From contig NMRA01000772.1 in assembly GCA_002633005.1 (NCBI GenBank), forward strand, positions 77,812-141,811: 64,000 nt of DNA. Reading direction: 5' to 3'. Position numbers and translations under genes: made by a program. Numbering within the stretch: the stretch's first letter is position 1; the number at the start of each line of letters is the position of its first letter. This document shows, piece by piece, positions 27,101 to 39,033 of the stretch. The DNA is from Phoronis australis. Its lineage: Eukaryota > Animalia > Phoronida. Under the pieces are notes generated by a model. That model was not told where the DNA came from, ran no database searches, and saw only the letters and a list, made by a program, of their open reading frames with translations.

Positions 27101-27491
27101 CAGTCAGAAACTCATAATTCTCTCTTTCATAATGGGAGTATTTGTTCGAGTTGGAAGGAATTAAACTCATCGACAACCTCCTAAGGTGTTCCTCTATGCG
27201 CAAAAGGTATTTATAACAACGTGACTTTGATGGTTTAGTCGGTGCGAGGCATAATTCGCCGAAAAGCTTCCGGTGTACAGACAGCCTATAGCTGCATCGC
27301 CTCTGGTTCGGGCCAACAGAGGCGATGGTCATTGCCTAATAGGTATCCGGACTATACAACAAACATTTACCTAGAATTAGCGACATTTGGCCACACAGAC
27401 AATAGTAGACATACAAAGGCTTTTCTCCTTGGTATTCCTCTTGATCTTTCGTGTCTGTACAGACGACACTTCGAGAGACAACCTTCGGCAT
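21167..27491 (-). CDS. STEEP1: STING ER exit protein (UPF0428 / CXorf56 homolog), 6 coding exons, 215 aa
   Basis: Exons 27371-27491 ([40 protein letters not shown]), 25060-25174 or its identical copy 26007-26121 ([19 protein letters not shown]), 24301-24478 ([15 protein letters not shown]), 23595-23684 ([23 protein letters not shown]), 22047-22139 ([16 protein letters not shown]) and 21167-21217 (KGTLIDK*). Phases match. Confidence 0.95.
25051..26957. repeat. About 950-bp tandem duplication containing STEEP1 exon 2
   Basis: 25051-25996 and 25998-26957 are near-identical (scattered SNPs and indels) and are joined by a single N at 25997. Confidence 0.9.
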
Positions 27492-27928
27492 CCTAACACT
27501 GACTAGTGACTAACGTCGCGCTTGTGTTTTTCCGACACAGACTTGTGAAATACGTCACAGGAAACGAATAGTTAAAAACTCGCAGTTCTATTACGAACAA
27601 TAAATGACAAAATAATTATATTCTCATGAAATTAAACATTATTAATTGACCACTCATCCACATTTTTGCATTTAAAGTTCAAAAGTTGTGTTAAATTGAA
27701 ACGAGTACTGATCTATTATGGAAAACGTCATCAAAATCTGTTGCCGTACACACTTCCGGTAAAATGTGGAGAAGGCATTGCAGCTCCGCAGTTGCTGGTG
27801 CAAGTTTTGAGCTTTCCGTGTGATATACGGTTCTGTTTGAGGTTGATTTGATGAAGAGCACGAGTCTGTTGATCTTTTCTCTGAAGAGCTGTTTACAATT
27901 CGACTCCAAAATTGTAGCTGACTCTACC
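27492..27928. promoter_or_regulatory. Bidirectional STEEP1/CDK9 promoter with probable CDK9 5'UTR exon (about 27760-27928)
   Basis: STEEP1 ATG at 27491 (minus). ETS motif ACTTCCGG near 27752. Plus-strand donor ACC|GTAAGT at 27928/27929. The CDK9 ATG exon begins with an acceptor at 32770-32771, so it needs an upstream exon. Confidence 0.6.
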
Positions 27929-29502
27929 GTAAGTCACAGTGCATTCATTTTCGACACTGACCTAGTTTCTTTCAACCCATTGTTTTTGTTTCATATATAT
28001 ACTATATAGTCCGGATACCTATCGTCGTCAGGCTCCAAAGGTCGTCGCCATCTTCTTTCGCGTGCAGCGCAGCCACGCGGGACTTAGCGTTCCAATTTGG
28101 AGTGCTCGTCTGCACCTTTGGTACTAACCTCTCGGTAGAAACACGCATGGAAGAACTGAGACTAAAATTAATGAATTCACCCACTGTTTATTGAGACCAC
28201 TTAAAAACTTGTAGATTTTACTAATGCACTTTTTTTGTTCATTTTCAGAAGATATTTTCGAAATTAAATTTTCTTCAGACGGAACAAAAAACAACTTGGG
28301 GATTGTTTATGCAATGTATCTATTTGTCCCAGGCACTAAGCGACACCTGTTAGGCCAAAGGAAAAACGCAGCAGACAAATGGAACACGCTAGGTGCTTAA
28401 CAGTTTCGGCCCACGCCTTGGTCATCAAAATATTGTCCGCTTGTTTTTTATTGTAAAACAAAGTGCTGAGCTCAAAATTTATGTTGAAATTTTTGGTTAA
28501 AGCATTTTGAATTTACTTGAAGAAAATTAAAATACTTAGAGAATGGCCACCAATAAAGTAAAACATTGACTTTATTTCACTATATTGCATTGTTACATAC
28601 CGCACAGCATGACATAATCAAAAATAAAAGAAGAAATTGAGCAATAAAATGCAAATGCAACTTGGGTATTTATTTATTTATTTATGATTGCAGAAACCTG
28701 TTAAAGGTGAGAAAAAAATCAAACAATACGATATTGGATAATTTATTAGAACAATTGTATCGAGGTTCAATGATCAACTTCCGCCGACCAAGTCTCAAAG
28801 GGTTACAGTTCTGTTTTGGCTGACAAGATGTTAACAGAGAATGAAGAAAAACTGAAAAGAAAACGAAGGACAGCAGAGATAAGTGGTGTTAAGTACAACA
28901 AGAGCAAAAAGTCAAATAAAGAGGACACAAATAGAAAATAAGTAAGGTCTATCTGGAAGAAAACCGTTTGCGATTTATTTTCCAGAACTGAAATTCTAAA
29001 TCAATTTTAATCGATTTAAAAATCGATATATCATACTAGTAAAACTGTTTGTGGTTGAAATAGAATTCTTCTAAACCACTTTCCACTATTTTCTTGGCCT
29101 TTTTCTGTGGTTTTTTGTTCTTTCAATTGGCGGCAGCATATGACGACCATAGGAGTTGTTGTAAAATGGCTGCGGAAAAGCAATGCACAGTTCAAACAAC
29201 TCGGCATAAATAAAAGAAAACTTTTGAATCAACTAATACTATGGATTTGTGAGAATTAAATCAAGTTCTATGCAGATCATAACTTTGAAGTGGAATAATT
29301 GGGTGAGTACGACAACAAGCCGGTTTTGTGCTTAGGCGGACGACCATTGGGTTCCCGAGTATATATAGTATTTCGACAAGAACTTTTTATGTTGTATTAA
29401 ACATAATTTCCTTGTAATTTGAGTGGTGTTACCTCAGAGAAAATTGATAGGGAAAAATGATATAACAACTGATAAAAGACCATTTGGCCCACGAAAGTGT
29501 AA

Positions 29503-31287
29503 TGTTGTATTCCTACAGGTTCACTAGCTAGGCCTCTAGAAGCACTCACCAGATAAAAGACAGCTATTCAAACTTCAGTAAAACCCAATCCAGGTACCCA
29601 TCCCTGACATCCTGATTGCTTGCTGAAAGACTGCCAGCAGGGTTCCCGCCAGCAGTTTAAATAAAACAAGCATGCGGGGAACCATAAAACTGACAAATCA
29701 CAAGACACCATAGAAAGATAAAGGACGAATGATGTTGACGATTACAACATTCCCCTCCTCCCTAAAAAAGTGTGGGGCCCACCTGGGAATCAACATCATT
29801 TGCCAGATACGAAAAACTTCCCAAAAATTTAACCATATCCCCCCTTACCGAAAATAAAGCCTCTACTAAATAGACCAAGAGTGCTAGAATGACAAGGACA
29901 GTTCCCCTAGAAGCAGAGAACAACACACACATGTTAAATATAGAAGTACCAAAAATAATAAAAAGAGTTCAGAATGCCAGCACATCCCAAACACACGAAG
30001 TAACTCATAAAGAGAAAACCTAGCAGGATCCCAACCCACCCCCCAGGGCGGGAGAGCAGTCACCTAACGGAAAAAGTTCTTGCTAGGGAAACTCCCCGGA
30101 CTTGTAGCTGCAAAAGGGTATAGGACACGTGCATTTCTAGTGGAGTTCTCAAAATAAACCCTGCACTACCATGATACACGCATGCCACCCTTAATTGCTA
30201 CTAGAATATTACATTTTGTTGTGCTTCGGGTGGAGGCCGGGCAGACCTATTCCAACCCGAAGGGAACGCCTTGGACACAGACCTAAAATGGATGGGTTCA
30301 CATAGAAATGTGACTGACCCTCCACTAAACATAGGCCTCCTGGCAACTGGGACAGACATGGAAGTACCACACCCAGGTTAACCACGCACTAGGACTACGA
30401 TAATAAATAGGGGAATTAGTTGTAGGGAGAAAGTATTAGGTCAATGAAATGGTGTCCAATGACAAAACCAAAACACTGCCTAGGCCTAAACTCACCAACT
30501 ACACGGACATAATAAATAAATAAATAAATATCAGGGATGTGATAATAAATAAGGGACTTAGTTGTAGGGAGAAAGTATTAGGTCAATGGAATGGTGTTCA
30601 ATTCAATGACACAACCAAAACACTGTCTAAGCCTAAACTTACCAACTACAAGGACGTAATAAATAAATAAATAAATAAATACCAGGGATATGATAATAAA
30701 TAAGGGACTTAGTTGTAGTGAAAAAGTATTAGGTCAATGGAATGGTGTTCAATTCAATGACATAACCAAAACAATGCCTAAGACTAAACTCACCAACTAC
30801 AAGGACTCAATAAATAAATAAATACCCCAAACCCAAAGGATAAAAACCCAGTTAAACCACCAACAACCCCAACAGACCAAGAGACCACTTGGCCACCGTA
30901 CCAGCAACCCGCTAGCACGATACCACTCCCCTATCCAACCTTCCCCCGGACCTACGAAAAATGCCCTGGTCAGGCAAAGGTTTTCAAGAAAAGTGGTTGA
31001 ATACTCCTAGAAAAACCTAACCAGTGCCGACTTCGCCAATTGTTGTATTACTGCAGGTTCACTAGTTAGGCCTCTAGAAGTACTCACCAGTTAAAACACA
31101 GCTATTCAAACTTCAGTAAAACCCAATCCAGGTGCCCATCCCTGACATCCTGATTGCTTGCTGAAAGACTGCCAGCAGGGTTCCCGTCAGCAGTTTAAAT
31201 AAAACAAGCATGCGGGGAACCATAAAACTGACAAATCACAAGACACCACAGAAAGATAAAGGACGAATAATGTTGACGATTACAACA
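29503..31287 (-). mobile_element. Non-autonomous LTR retrotransposon (TRIM/LARD-like)
   Basis: Two 247-bp LTRs (29503-29749 and 31041-31287), each TGTTGTA...TACAACA. Minus-strand PBS TGGCGAAGTCGGCA just inside the 31041 LTR, resembling the complement of a tRNA-Ser 3' end. PPT AGGGAGGAGGGGAA abuts the 29749 LTR. The ORF track shows no ORF in the 1.29-kb interior. Confidence 0.9.
30398..30825. repeat. Three tandem copies of a 143-151-bp unit inside the LTR element
   Basis: GATAATAAATA...TTAGTTGTAG...AAGTATTAGGTCAATG...ACCAACTACA...(TAAA)n starts at about 30398, 30541 and 30692. Confidence 0.85.
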
Positions 31288-31654
31288 AAAGTATTGCTTA
31301 GGTTCAAAGTTTAGGTCTTACACAAGTTGCACTGCAGTGTGCTACCAAACTGTATAGATGATATCCAAATGGACCAGCTGCAGCAAAAGTCCAAAGCTAG
31401 CATGTCGAATTTCTTTTGATATGGGAAATATGGTAAATTATTCATCAGAAAAATCAAAGGACAGCACAAAACAAGGTCAAGAATGAATGATGTTGATAAT
31501 TACTACACCACAGTTGACACTCAGTCATTCAGATATCCTGACAACTAGCAGTTTAATTACATCTAATTTGGTTACTAAGTGTCATTCATTTCTGCTTCAA
31601 GTCCATCAATTTTCAATAGTGGAAACTTATCAATCACCAGTCTCCATTTCTGGA

Positions 31655-32140
31655 AAAAATCCACCCACTGTCAGGATTTGAAAATGGTATCTTCTGTGTG
31701 TAAATCAGGCATCCAAATCGAGTGGCGATAAGACAATTGCCCATTTGCAAGTAATTTAGAGAGGCTTTACATAGCACAAAAGAACTTGAAGTCATGTGGT
31801 ACAACACTCTTTTCCCTTCTGTTGTGGAACAGCCATGCCTGCTGGTAATAGCAACACTCTCCAGGTCCTTAAATGTGCACTCAGGAACTCAGCAACACTT
31901 TCCTTGTGTTCTGGGTCCACCACCAGCAGGTAGGCACCCTCTCTATTTATCATTTGGAAGCCTTACGTACATCTTAGGGTTTAGTGGGTCTCGCCTTAAT
32001 TGGGTTCCAGTGTAGAGAAAATCCACACACTGCCGCGACTTGAACCCGGAATCTTCAGCATCTAAGTCAAGCATTCAAACTGATTGACAAAAAGGCAATT
32101 GGCCATTGGCAAATGATTTAGAAACGCCTGAAATACTAGT
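31655..32140 (-). mobile_element. Two decayed related SINE-like fragments
   Basis: 31655-31780 and 32015-32140 share AAAATCCAC..ACTG...CAATTG.CCATT.GCAA.T.ATTTAGA. The second has a minus-strand B-box-like GGTTCAAGTC. Confidence 0.4.
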
Positions 32141-32778
32141 ACTGTTGCACGGCATAACTGAAAGTTACACGTTACGATACAAGGCTACTTCAGCTCCCGA
32201 GTGGGTAGGTTCTTTTTCGCACATATGAAAATTGCCCTACGATTTTGGATCCTAAAATCTCTCTGCGTTCTGTTGGTCCTCTGGCATAGTTGTAATGAAA
32301 ATCCCACAGAGCTTGAACACTCTGGCACTCTTCAAAGAGTCGCTTGGTGTTAAATGGTACTATTGTGATTATGTTGTCACCCTGTTATTACTGTTTTAAC
32401 AACTTTGGATAGCCACACATATTAGCCCTCTCAATATGATTGCGCACAGTCCATCTATCCTCAGGATCAGCTATGATACTGTCACAGTAGACATACTAAG
32501 TACAAACAACCACTACCGTAACTTTTTATGCAGTGGGTAGTGAGATGTGAAAGCCAGATACTGATCTGTGGGATTTCTTACGGTGTATGGATAGGTTTAC
32601 ATACTATGTTCATGCCTCTAGTTTACAGTTATTTGCGATGCACATGGTTGGTGGCTATCAATGTGTTGTATTGCTTTTGTTTACTGTTTATTAATGGTAC
32701 AAAATTAGTTACACCATAACACGGCATTATTGGAAATCCGTGATATTGAATTTTGATTCATTTATTTCTAGGTCCTCA

Positions 32779-35700
32779 ATGGCTAGTTCAACAGGACTAA
32801 GTAAGGTTGAAAACTTCGATTTTCCCTACTGTCCTGATGTGCAGAAGTATGAAAAATTGGCTAAAGTTGGGCAAGGAACATTTGGGTAAGAATTTGCTAC
32901 TTTGTAAAGCCAACAGCTACTGTGTTCCTTTGAGCACTGCCTTGGCTTTATAAGTGATCTCGGCTAAGATCCAAGATGGGAGGGGTGCATTGGGGGAACA
33001 GATAGGTAGATAGAAAAAGAAAATTAAAGTGAACTGAAGAGAAGAACTGTTGACTTTAATTACCTTGGAAATTTTGAGGTGTTTGTCCCATTCTGGCTTT
33101 GCTTAACTTGATATCAGGGCTCAATTTGATGAAACTATTTCAGTGATTAACTTATACCGAAATAACAATTCTGTCATTTCAACTGGTGTAATGTTGCGCT
33201 TGTTGAACAATGCTGTTGATGTCATGCCAATAACCAAACTTGAGACTTAAACTTTCGTGAAACGGAGCCCAGGTCCCAGGTTCATTGGAACTTTCACTGT
33301 AAGACTTTGGAGCCAATCCTGTTTACTACAAACTTAAGGGTCTTATGAGCAGTGATTCCAATGGATTTCTCTAAAAATAGTTTCATTCCAGTATGCTTTG
33401 TCCATAAATAAACAAAATCCATTGAATGTCAGTAACTTTTTTGTCTTGTACTTTTAATTCCAGTGAAGTTTTCAAAGCCAGGTGTAAAGAGTCTAAAAGG
33501 CTTGTGGCGCTTAAGAAAGTGCTGATGGAAAATGAAAAAGAAGGAGTGAGTATTGGAGAGAAGCAGCAAACAGGCTGTTAATAAATCCACCTTTCATCAG
33601 AAGCCAGTGTTTTGACTTAGACAAATTACTATGATGAAATCAGTCTCAAATTGTTACTGGACTCTTGATGAAACTGAAAATGTTAATATAAAAGCATGAC
33701 CTAATTATTAACATTCCGTGTAATTTACACATTTTGGATGTACCAAGACATAGGCGTTCCCACCACCCCCCGGACCAAAAATGTGCCAGCATGCTGTTCT
33801 TAGAGCTACTTCAAACGTTTGTCCTTTTGGAAATGATGGGTGGCCCACTCGCACTGTAACCTGTTAACACCTTTGGTGGCTGGGTCTGTTGTAATTGTTC
33901 AATGTATGTCTTTCTAACAGGTGTAGCAAAAACTTGAAAAGACCAGCTTAAAATTCTCAAGATACTATTAATAGTAATGATTAATAATTTTCCTTTATAT
34001 CTGTTATGCCACTGAATAACTTATAATTTCCATTTTTATATTCCTCATAGCTAGGTTCCAAACAATGTCAGCTTTGTCAAACTAGTTTGTAGTGTCTGGC
34101 ATTCTGTTTAGATTGGCAAACTTTTGTTTGCAAACAAAATGCGTAACTACCCTGATTGAGAGAGGATCAGCAACTGTACGAAATGTGACAAGAGCTTTAT
34201 GAATATACTTGTGTGAAAATCTCACTATAAAATTTCATAAGGTTGGTTGAGTACAAATTGATTTTTTTCTATTTTTCATAACCAGAAAATAATAATACCT
34301 TGATAGTTTTCAACTACACTCAGCAGCCATCTTCGGAAGCTATTGGACACTAGGTGGCATGGTTATGAGACTGTTCCTAATTTTAGATTGCTCATACCCC
34401 CCATTGACGTCTAGATGAATAAGAGAGTGTATTTGGGTCAGAAAAAGTGGTTCAGTTATGAACAGGTACGATGGGGGTATAAGTTATCTAAAATTTGGAA
34501 CAGTCTCATCAGCACGCCACCTAGTGTCCAATAGCTTCCGAAGATGGCTGCTGAGAGTAGCCGAAACTGTCAAAGTAAACACTTTTCTGGTTGTGAAAAA
34601 TAGAAAAACTCAATTTGCGTGACAATGGTCGAATGATTATTCCAAATATCTAATGATTTTCACGTAGTGTAATTTTGCATTCCATCTTAGTCTTCATTGC
34701 TGTTGCAAATGCGAGTGTTTTTTTCAGTTTCCCATAACAGCATTAAGGGAGATCAAAATCCTTCAAACACTGAGGCACGAGAATGTCGTCTCTCTCCTGG
34801 AAATATGTCGCACTAAAGGTAAACACCTGCAGTAATAGGCCATTCTCAAAATTTCTCAATTGTTGACATTCCAATATCAAAATGAGGGTTGAGCAGAATA
34901 TCACTCTCAAGTCAAGTTTACTGCAACCCTTAACCACGAACAGTCCAAGGAATTTGTTGGTATGTTAATTTATCACTGTTCCCGAATAAACTCCTAGATT
35001 TAAATTTGCGATTTATTCATGCCAGTTTATGTAATGAAAATTTTTTTTGACCAGCGACTTTGATAACTTTTTAATGAGCATGACCCAAAAGAACCATTTC
35101 ACATCTCTTAGTTGTAAAGCATGGACATTTCCCCACAATAAGGCAAGATGCCACTGAAACTAAGAGGTAAAATTCTCGGGAAATTTGCTTTCACGACACC
35201 ATCACTTCTGAAGAAGGCTAACAGTATTTATTGGGGCTAGGCGTTAATCTGAATGTGGGTACTTAAAAGTGAAAATTTGAAAATTTTGAAGTTGGGCATT
35301 AAGGTATTTGGGGCATGAACCAGGACAAGTACAGTTGTTAAGTTTTGGTCCAAGGTTACTCAGTTGTGACTCTTTTTTTGTTTAACTGAGCTCAATATCT
35401 TGGCCTGATTGTACTTTGGACTTTCTCAATAGTTGTCTTTTTTCTTATGTTGATCTAGCCCACTTTACCCTGTGAGTTGGTAAATATTGGATTGTGTTCT
35501 GGTGCCACTGGAATTTAGTCCAGCCTGCTAATGTTTTGACTGGTATTGATGATCGAGATACCACTCATACCAGGGTGCATTCTTCATCAGGAATGACTTA
35601 GTGCCCTTTACAGTATTTGCTATACTAAGACTGTAAGTCTAATCGCTGTTGTCTTTTGATTGTTAATGAGCTGAAAAAGATTAATGTTCTTATTTTCAAG

Positions 35701-38700
35701 TATGCATGTTAGAGACATGTCACCATTGTTATTTTATTGATCAGAAATCACTCTTGTTTGCAGCCACGCAGTATAACCGATACAAGAGCACATTCTACCT
35801 GTGCTTTGAGTTCTGTGAACACGACCTTGCAGGATTGCTGAGTAATGCCAATGTGAAGTTTTCAATGGGTGAAATCAAAAAGGTAAACACAAGGCTAAGA
35901 ATCAATGTATCACCGCCCTCTAATTGTCATAGTCGCGCTTTGTACACTCCTCTGTGTGGACTCTTGGGGCCCCTTGTATTTCAAGTGGGGGTAGAAATAA
36001 CAGTTTTGGGCAATAGTTGGATATAACGTGCGGTATTTTAAGAACCAGTTTGATGCCGGTTACTCAGTGGAGAAAACTGGTTCTCAAAATTCAGGCACAT
36101 TATATCCGACCATTATCCTGTTTTGCGCTGTAATGTGAGAAGTTTTCATCACAAAAAGTCAAACACTATGTCATTTTTAGAACTTGTTATCTGTCAGTGA
36201 TTTGTCCACATAATCACACTACTAATTTGTCATCTGCAGGTGATGCAACAACTGCTAAATGGCCTCTATTACATTCACAATAGTAAAATCCTCCACCGAG
36301 ATATGAAGGCAGCCAATATTTTACTAACCAAGAGAGGCAAGTTAAAACTGGCTGATTTTGGCCTGGCACGTGCGTTCAGCTTTGTACCAGCTGGGCAGCA
36401 GAACAAGTACACTAACCGCGTGGTGACACTCTGGTATCGTCCCCCAGAGCTGTTGCTAGGTGACCGTGACTATGGTCCACCCATTGACATGTGGGGAGCA
36501 GGTTGTATCATGGCGGAGATGTGGACCCGATCACCCATAATGCAAGGCAATACAGAACAGCATCAACTACAACTGATCAGCCAGCTGTGTGGATCAATTA
36601 CACCAGAGGTAATTTATTTCCTACCCACTTTGTCTACGAACATCATTTTATCTGCCCACATATACCTACGTGTGGGTGAATATTTCCTTCATCACCATCT
36701 GGGCTTCCAGCGTTCCCTGATGTATCTCCTAAACTTATTTCTTTTTTACTATTTGGAGGATTTTTGTCAAATGTAGGAAGTGCTTTCCTGTGGACAGCGG
36801 ACGACTATAAATTTTGGACAGAACTGACTGCTGCTGTGTTCCATAGTGGCAATTTTAGTTTTTATATTATTTTGCTTTTGTATCTTTGGAGTTCCATAAC
36901 AGGTTTTCTTGATAAAGGTGCCGAATTTGTGTTTTCCTCGTAGTGGTGCCAAGAACATTGAGCAAACTCGCTTGTCTGAAATGATCGGAATAATGCACCA
37001 AACCCTTTCTAAGAAATTGAAACTCCGATGCTTGGTAAAGGTTGTCTTTGTCTCGAGAAAATGTGCTCTGTATTGAGACTGTACATGCATGCTTTTGGGA
37101 CCGTCCGACTTTTCCTTCCATATTCTCGGCCTGACTAACCAAATCATTTGCTTCACATTTTCTCCAGATTCAGAAACGTCTTTTTTGTAATTTTGGCAAT
37201 ACTCTGATATAGCGTGCCCGTATTTTGAGAACCAGTTCGATGCCCGTTATTCAGTGGCGAAAACTGGTTCTCAAAATTCGGGCACGTTATATCAGACCAT
37301 TACCGTAATTTTAGTAAATATGTCAGTTATTTATTGTTTTGCCTCGTTTGGACATTCTCATAGCCCGGTGAGCCGTAAAATGTGCTTTATTCAAAGTGCA
37401 CATCGTGCTTTTCAACCTTAAATTCTCTGTGTTTGTCTGTGACCGCAGTTACTGTTACAGCATATCAAGAGTATATAGTTGACTTTGAGATGATAGTGAC
37501 TATGATTGGCTCTAGTGATGTTTTACATGTGGCATTATGTGTCAAGAAACTGGCTGTGTGGTTAAACTACTCAGACACTTGGAATGCATGGAATTGGATG
37601 AGGCTGGTTTGAAAATGATGGAGATATAGCCCTATCGGGAATGCAACAGTGCCCAGATACAACGTAGTCTGGTTTTGTAAGCTGTGACTGACTATTAAGT
37701 CATACATTTCTCTAATATCTATTCATACTGTACAAAATCTTTGTAGTAAACAGTATATAGATAGTATCTATCAGTAAAGTATTGCCAAAACTAGTCTCTC
37801 TTCTAAGTGTCCATTTCAACTCTTAATTTTATCAAGTGTTCATGTGTAACATTTTCCTTAAAACCACATCAGCGAGAAAAATCTTTTTGCCGAGGTCAAT
37901 CCTAGCATGGATCGAACCTGAAACTATGAGGCCACAGGCAAACTCTGTGCTAGTTGACCAAAATCCCATTCAGTCCATGGCGTTCATTTTAAGGGTATTA
38001 AACTGGTAGAGTCACTGACCTGTATTTCAGTGAATGTCTTGCAGACAACATCAAAAATTGGCAATTTATTATAAAACCACAAAACACCACAGATTTCATT
38101 ATAATATAGCTCTGGTCAAAACTAACAACCTCAAAAAGTCTACCTAATCCAACGAGGAACCTGAAATCGCATGTTTCAGTCCTAAAAATGATATTAATGT
38201 CACTTTAGGAATATTTTTAGAATTAATAAAGTTGAAACACAATTTACATTATATAATTGTATTGTATGTTGCTGGTCGAAGATTGCATAATAGTCTGATA
38301 TAACGTGTATTCATTTTAATAATCAGTTGATGCCCATTATTCAGTGGAGAACACTGGTTCTCAAAATGCGGGCCGCACGTTATATCAAGCCATTAGCGAA
38401 GATTTGATATATACCTGGTGTCCTATCTTCATCGTTTCGTTTTCCAGACATTTTCTATTTCCTACTTCTCACAATTAAAATGAAATGTGACTCTGATATT
38501 AGCTCTTCTGCAATTTTTGACCCAAAAATAGGATTCACAGGAGAGAGATTCACTCCGACTACTGCATTTTTGGCATAGAGTAATCTGGTCCAAGTTTGTT
38601 TGTCCTAAGTCTGCAACATGCCTGGTTCCATGTAGGTGTTGAATATATTATGTCAATCAATCCAATGTAGGTGTGGCCTGGTGTGGAAAGGCTGGAGCTC

Positions 38701-39033
38701 TTCAAAAAGCTAGAGCTTCCTCAGGGACAGAAGAGGAAGGTCAAAGAGCGACTAAAGGGCTATGTAAAAGATGGACAATCTCTTGACTTGTTGGATAAGT
38801 TGTTGACGCTGGATCCAGTGAAACGTGTCGATGCAGACACTGCGTTGAATCACGACTTCTTCTGGACGGATCCGTTGCCATGTGACCTCGAAAAGATGCT
38901 GTCACAGCACACGTCACACATGTACGAGTACCTAGCGCCACCTAGGAGACGGGGTCCTGTGCACCATCATCCTCCGCAGCAACAGCGACCACAGAATGCA
39001 AACCCTGATCAACACTTCGAACGTGTGTTCTAA
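32779..39033 (+). CDS. CDK9: Cyclin-dependent kinase 9 (P-TEFb catalytic subunit), 6 coding exons, 376 aa
   Basis: Exons 32779-32885 (KYEKLAKVGQGTFG), 33464-33545 (VALKKVLMENEKEG), 34728-34818 (FPITALREIKIL, the PITALRE motif), 35764-35882, 36240-36608 (HRDMKAAN, DFGLARA, YTNRVVTLWYRPPE) and 38671-39033 (DALNHDFFW-like, ...FERVF*). Phases match. AATAAA at 39998. Confidence 0.97.
34205..34670. mobile_element. Fold-back / MITE with inverted arms of about 150 bp in a CDK9 intron
   Basis: 34254-34408 is the near reverse complement of 34470-34618 (e.g. CAGCAGCCATCTTCGGAAGCTATTGGACACTAGGTGGC). The right terminus reads CACTACGTGAAAATC on the minus strand. Confidence 0.85.
36011..38395. mobile_element. 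Three copies of a palindromic MITE of about 100 bp (36011-36116, 37197-37302, 38288-38395)
   Basis: Each reads GATATA(A/G)CGTG...AGAACCAGTT...TCAGTGG.GAA.ACTGGTTCTCAAAAT...CAC(A/G)TTATATC. Confidence 0.85.
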
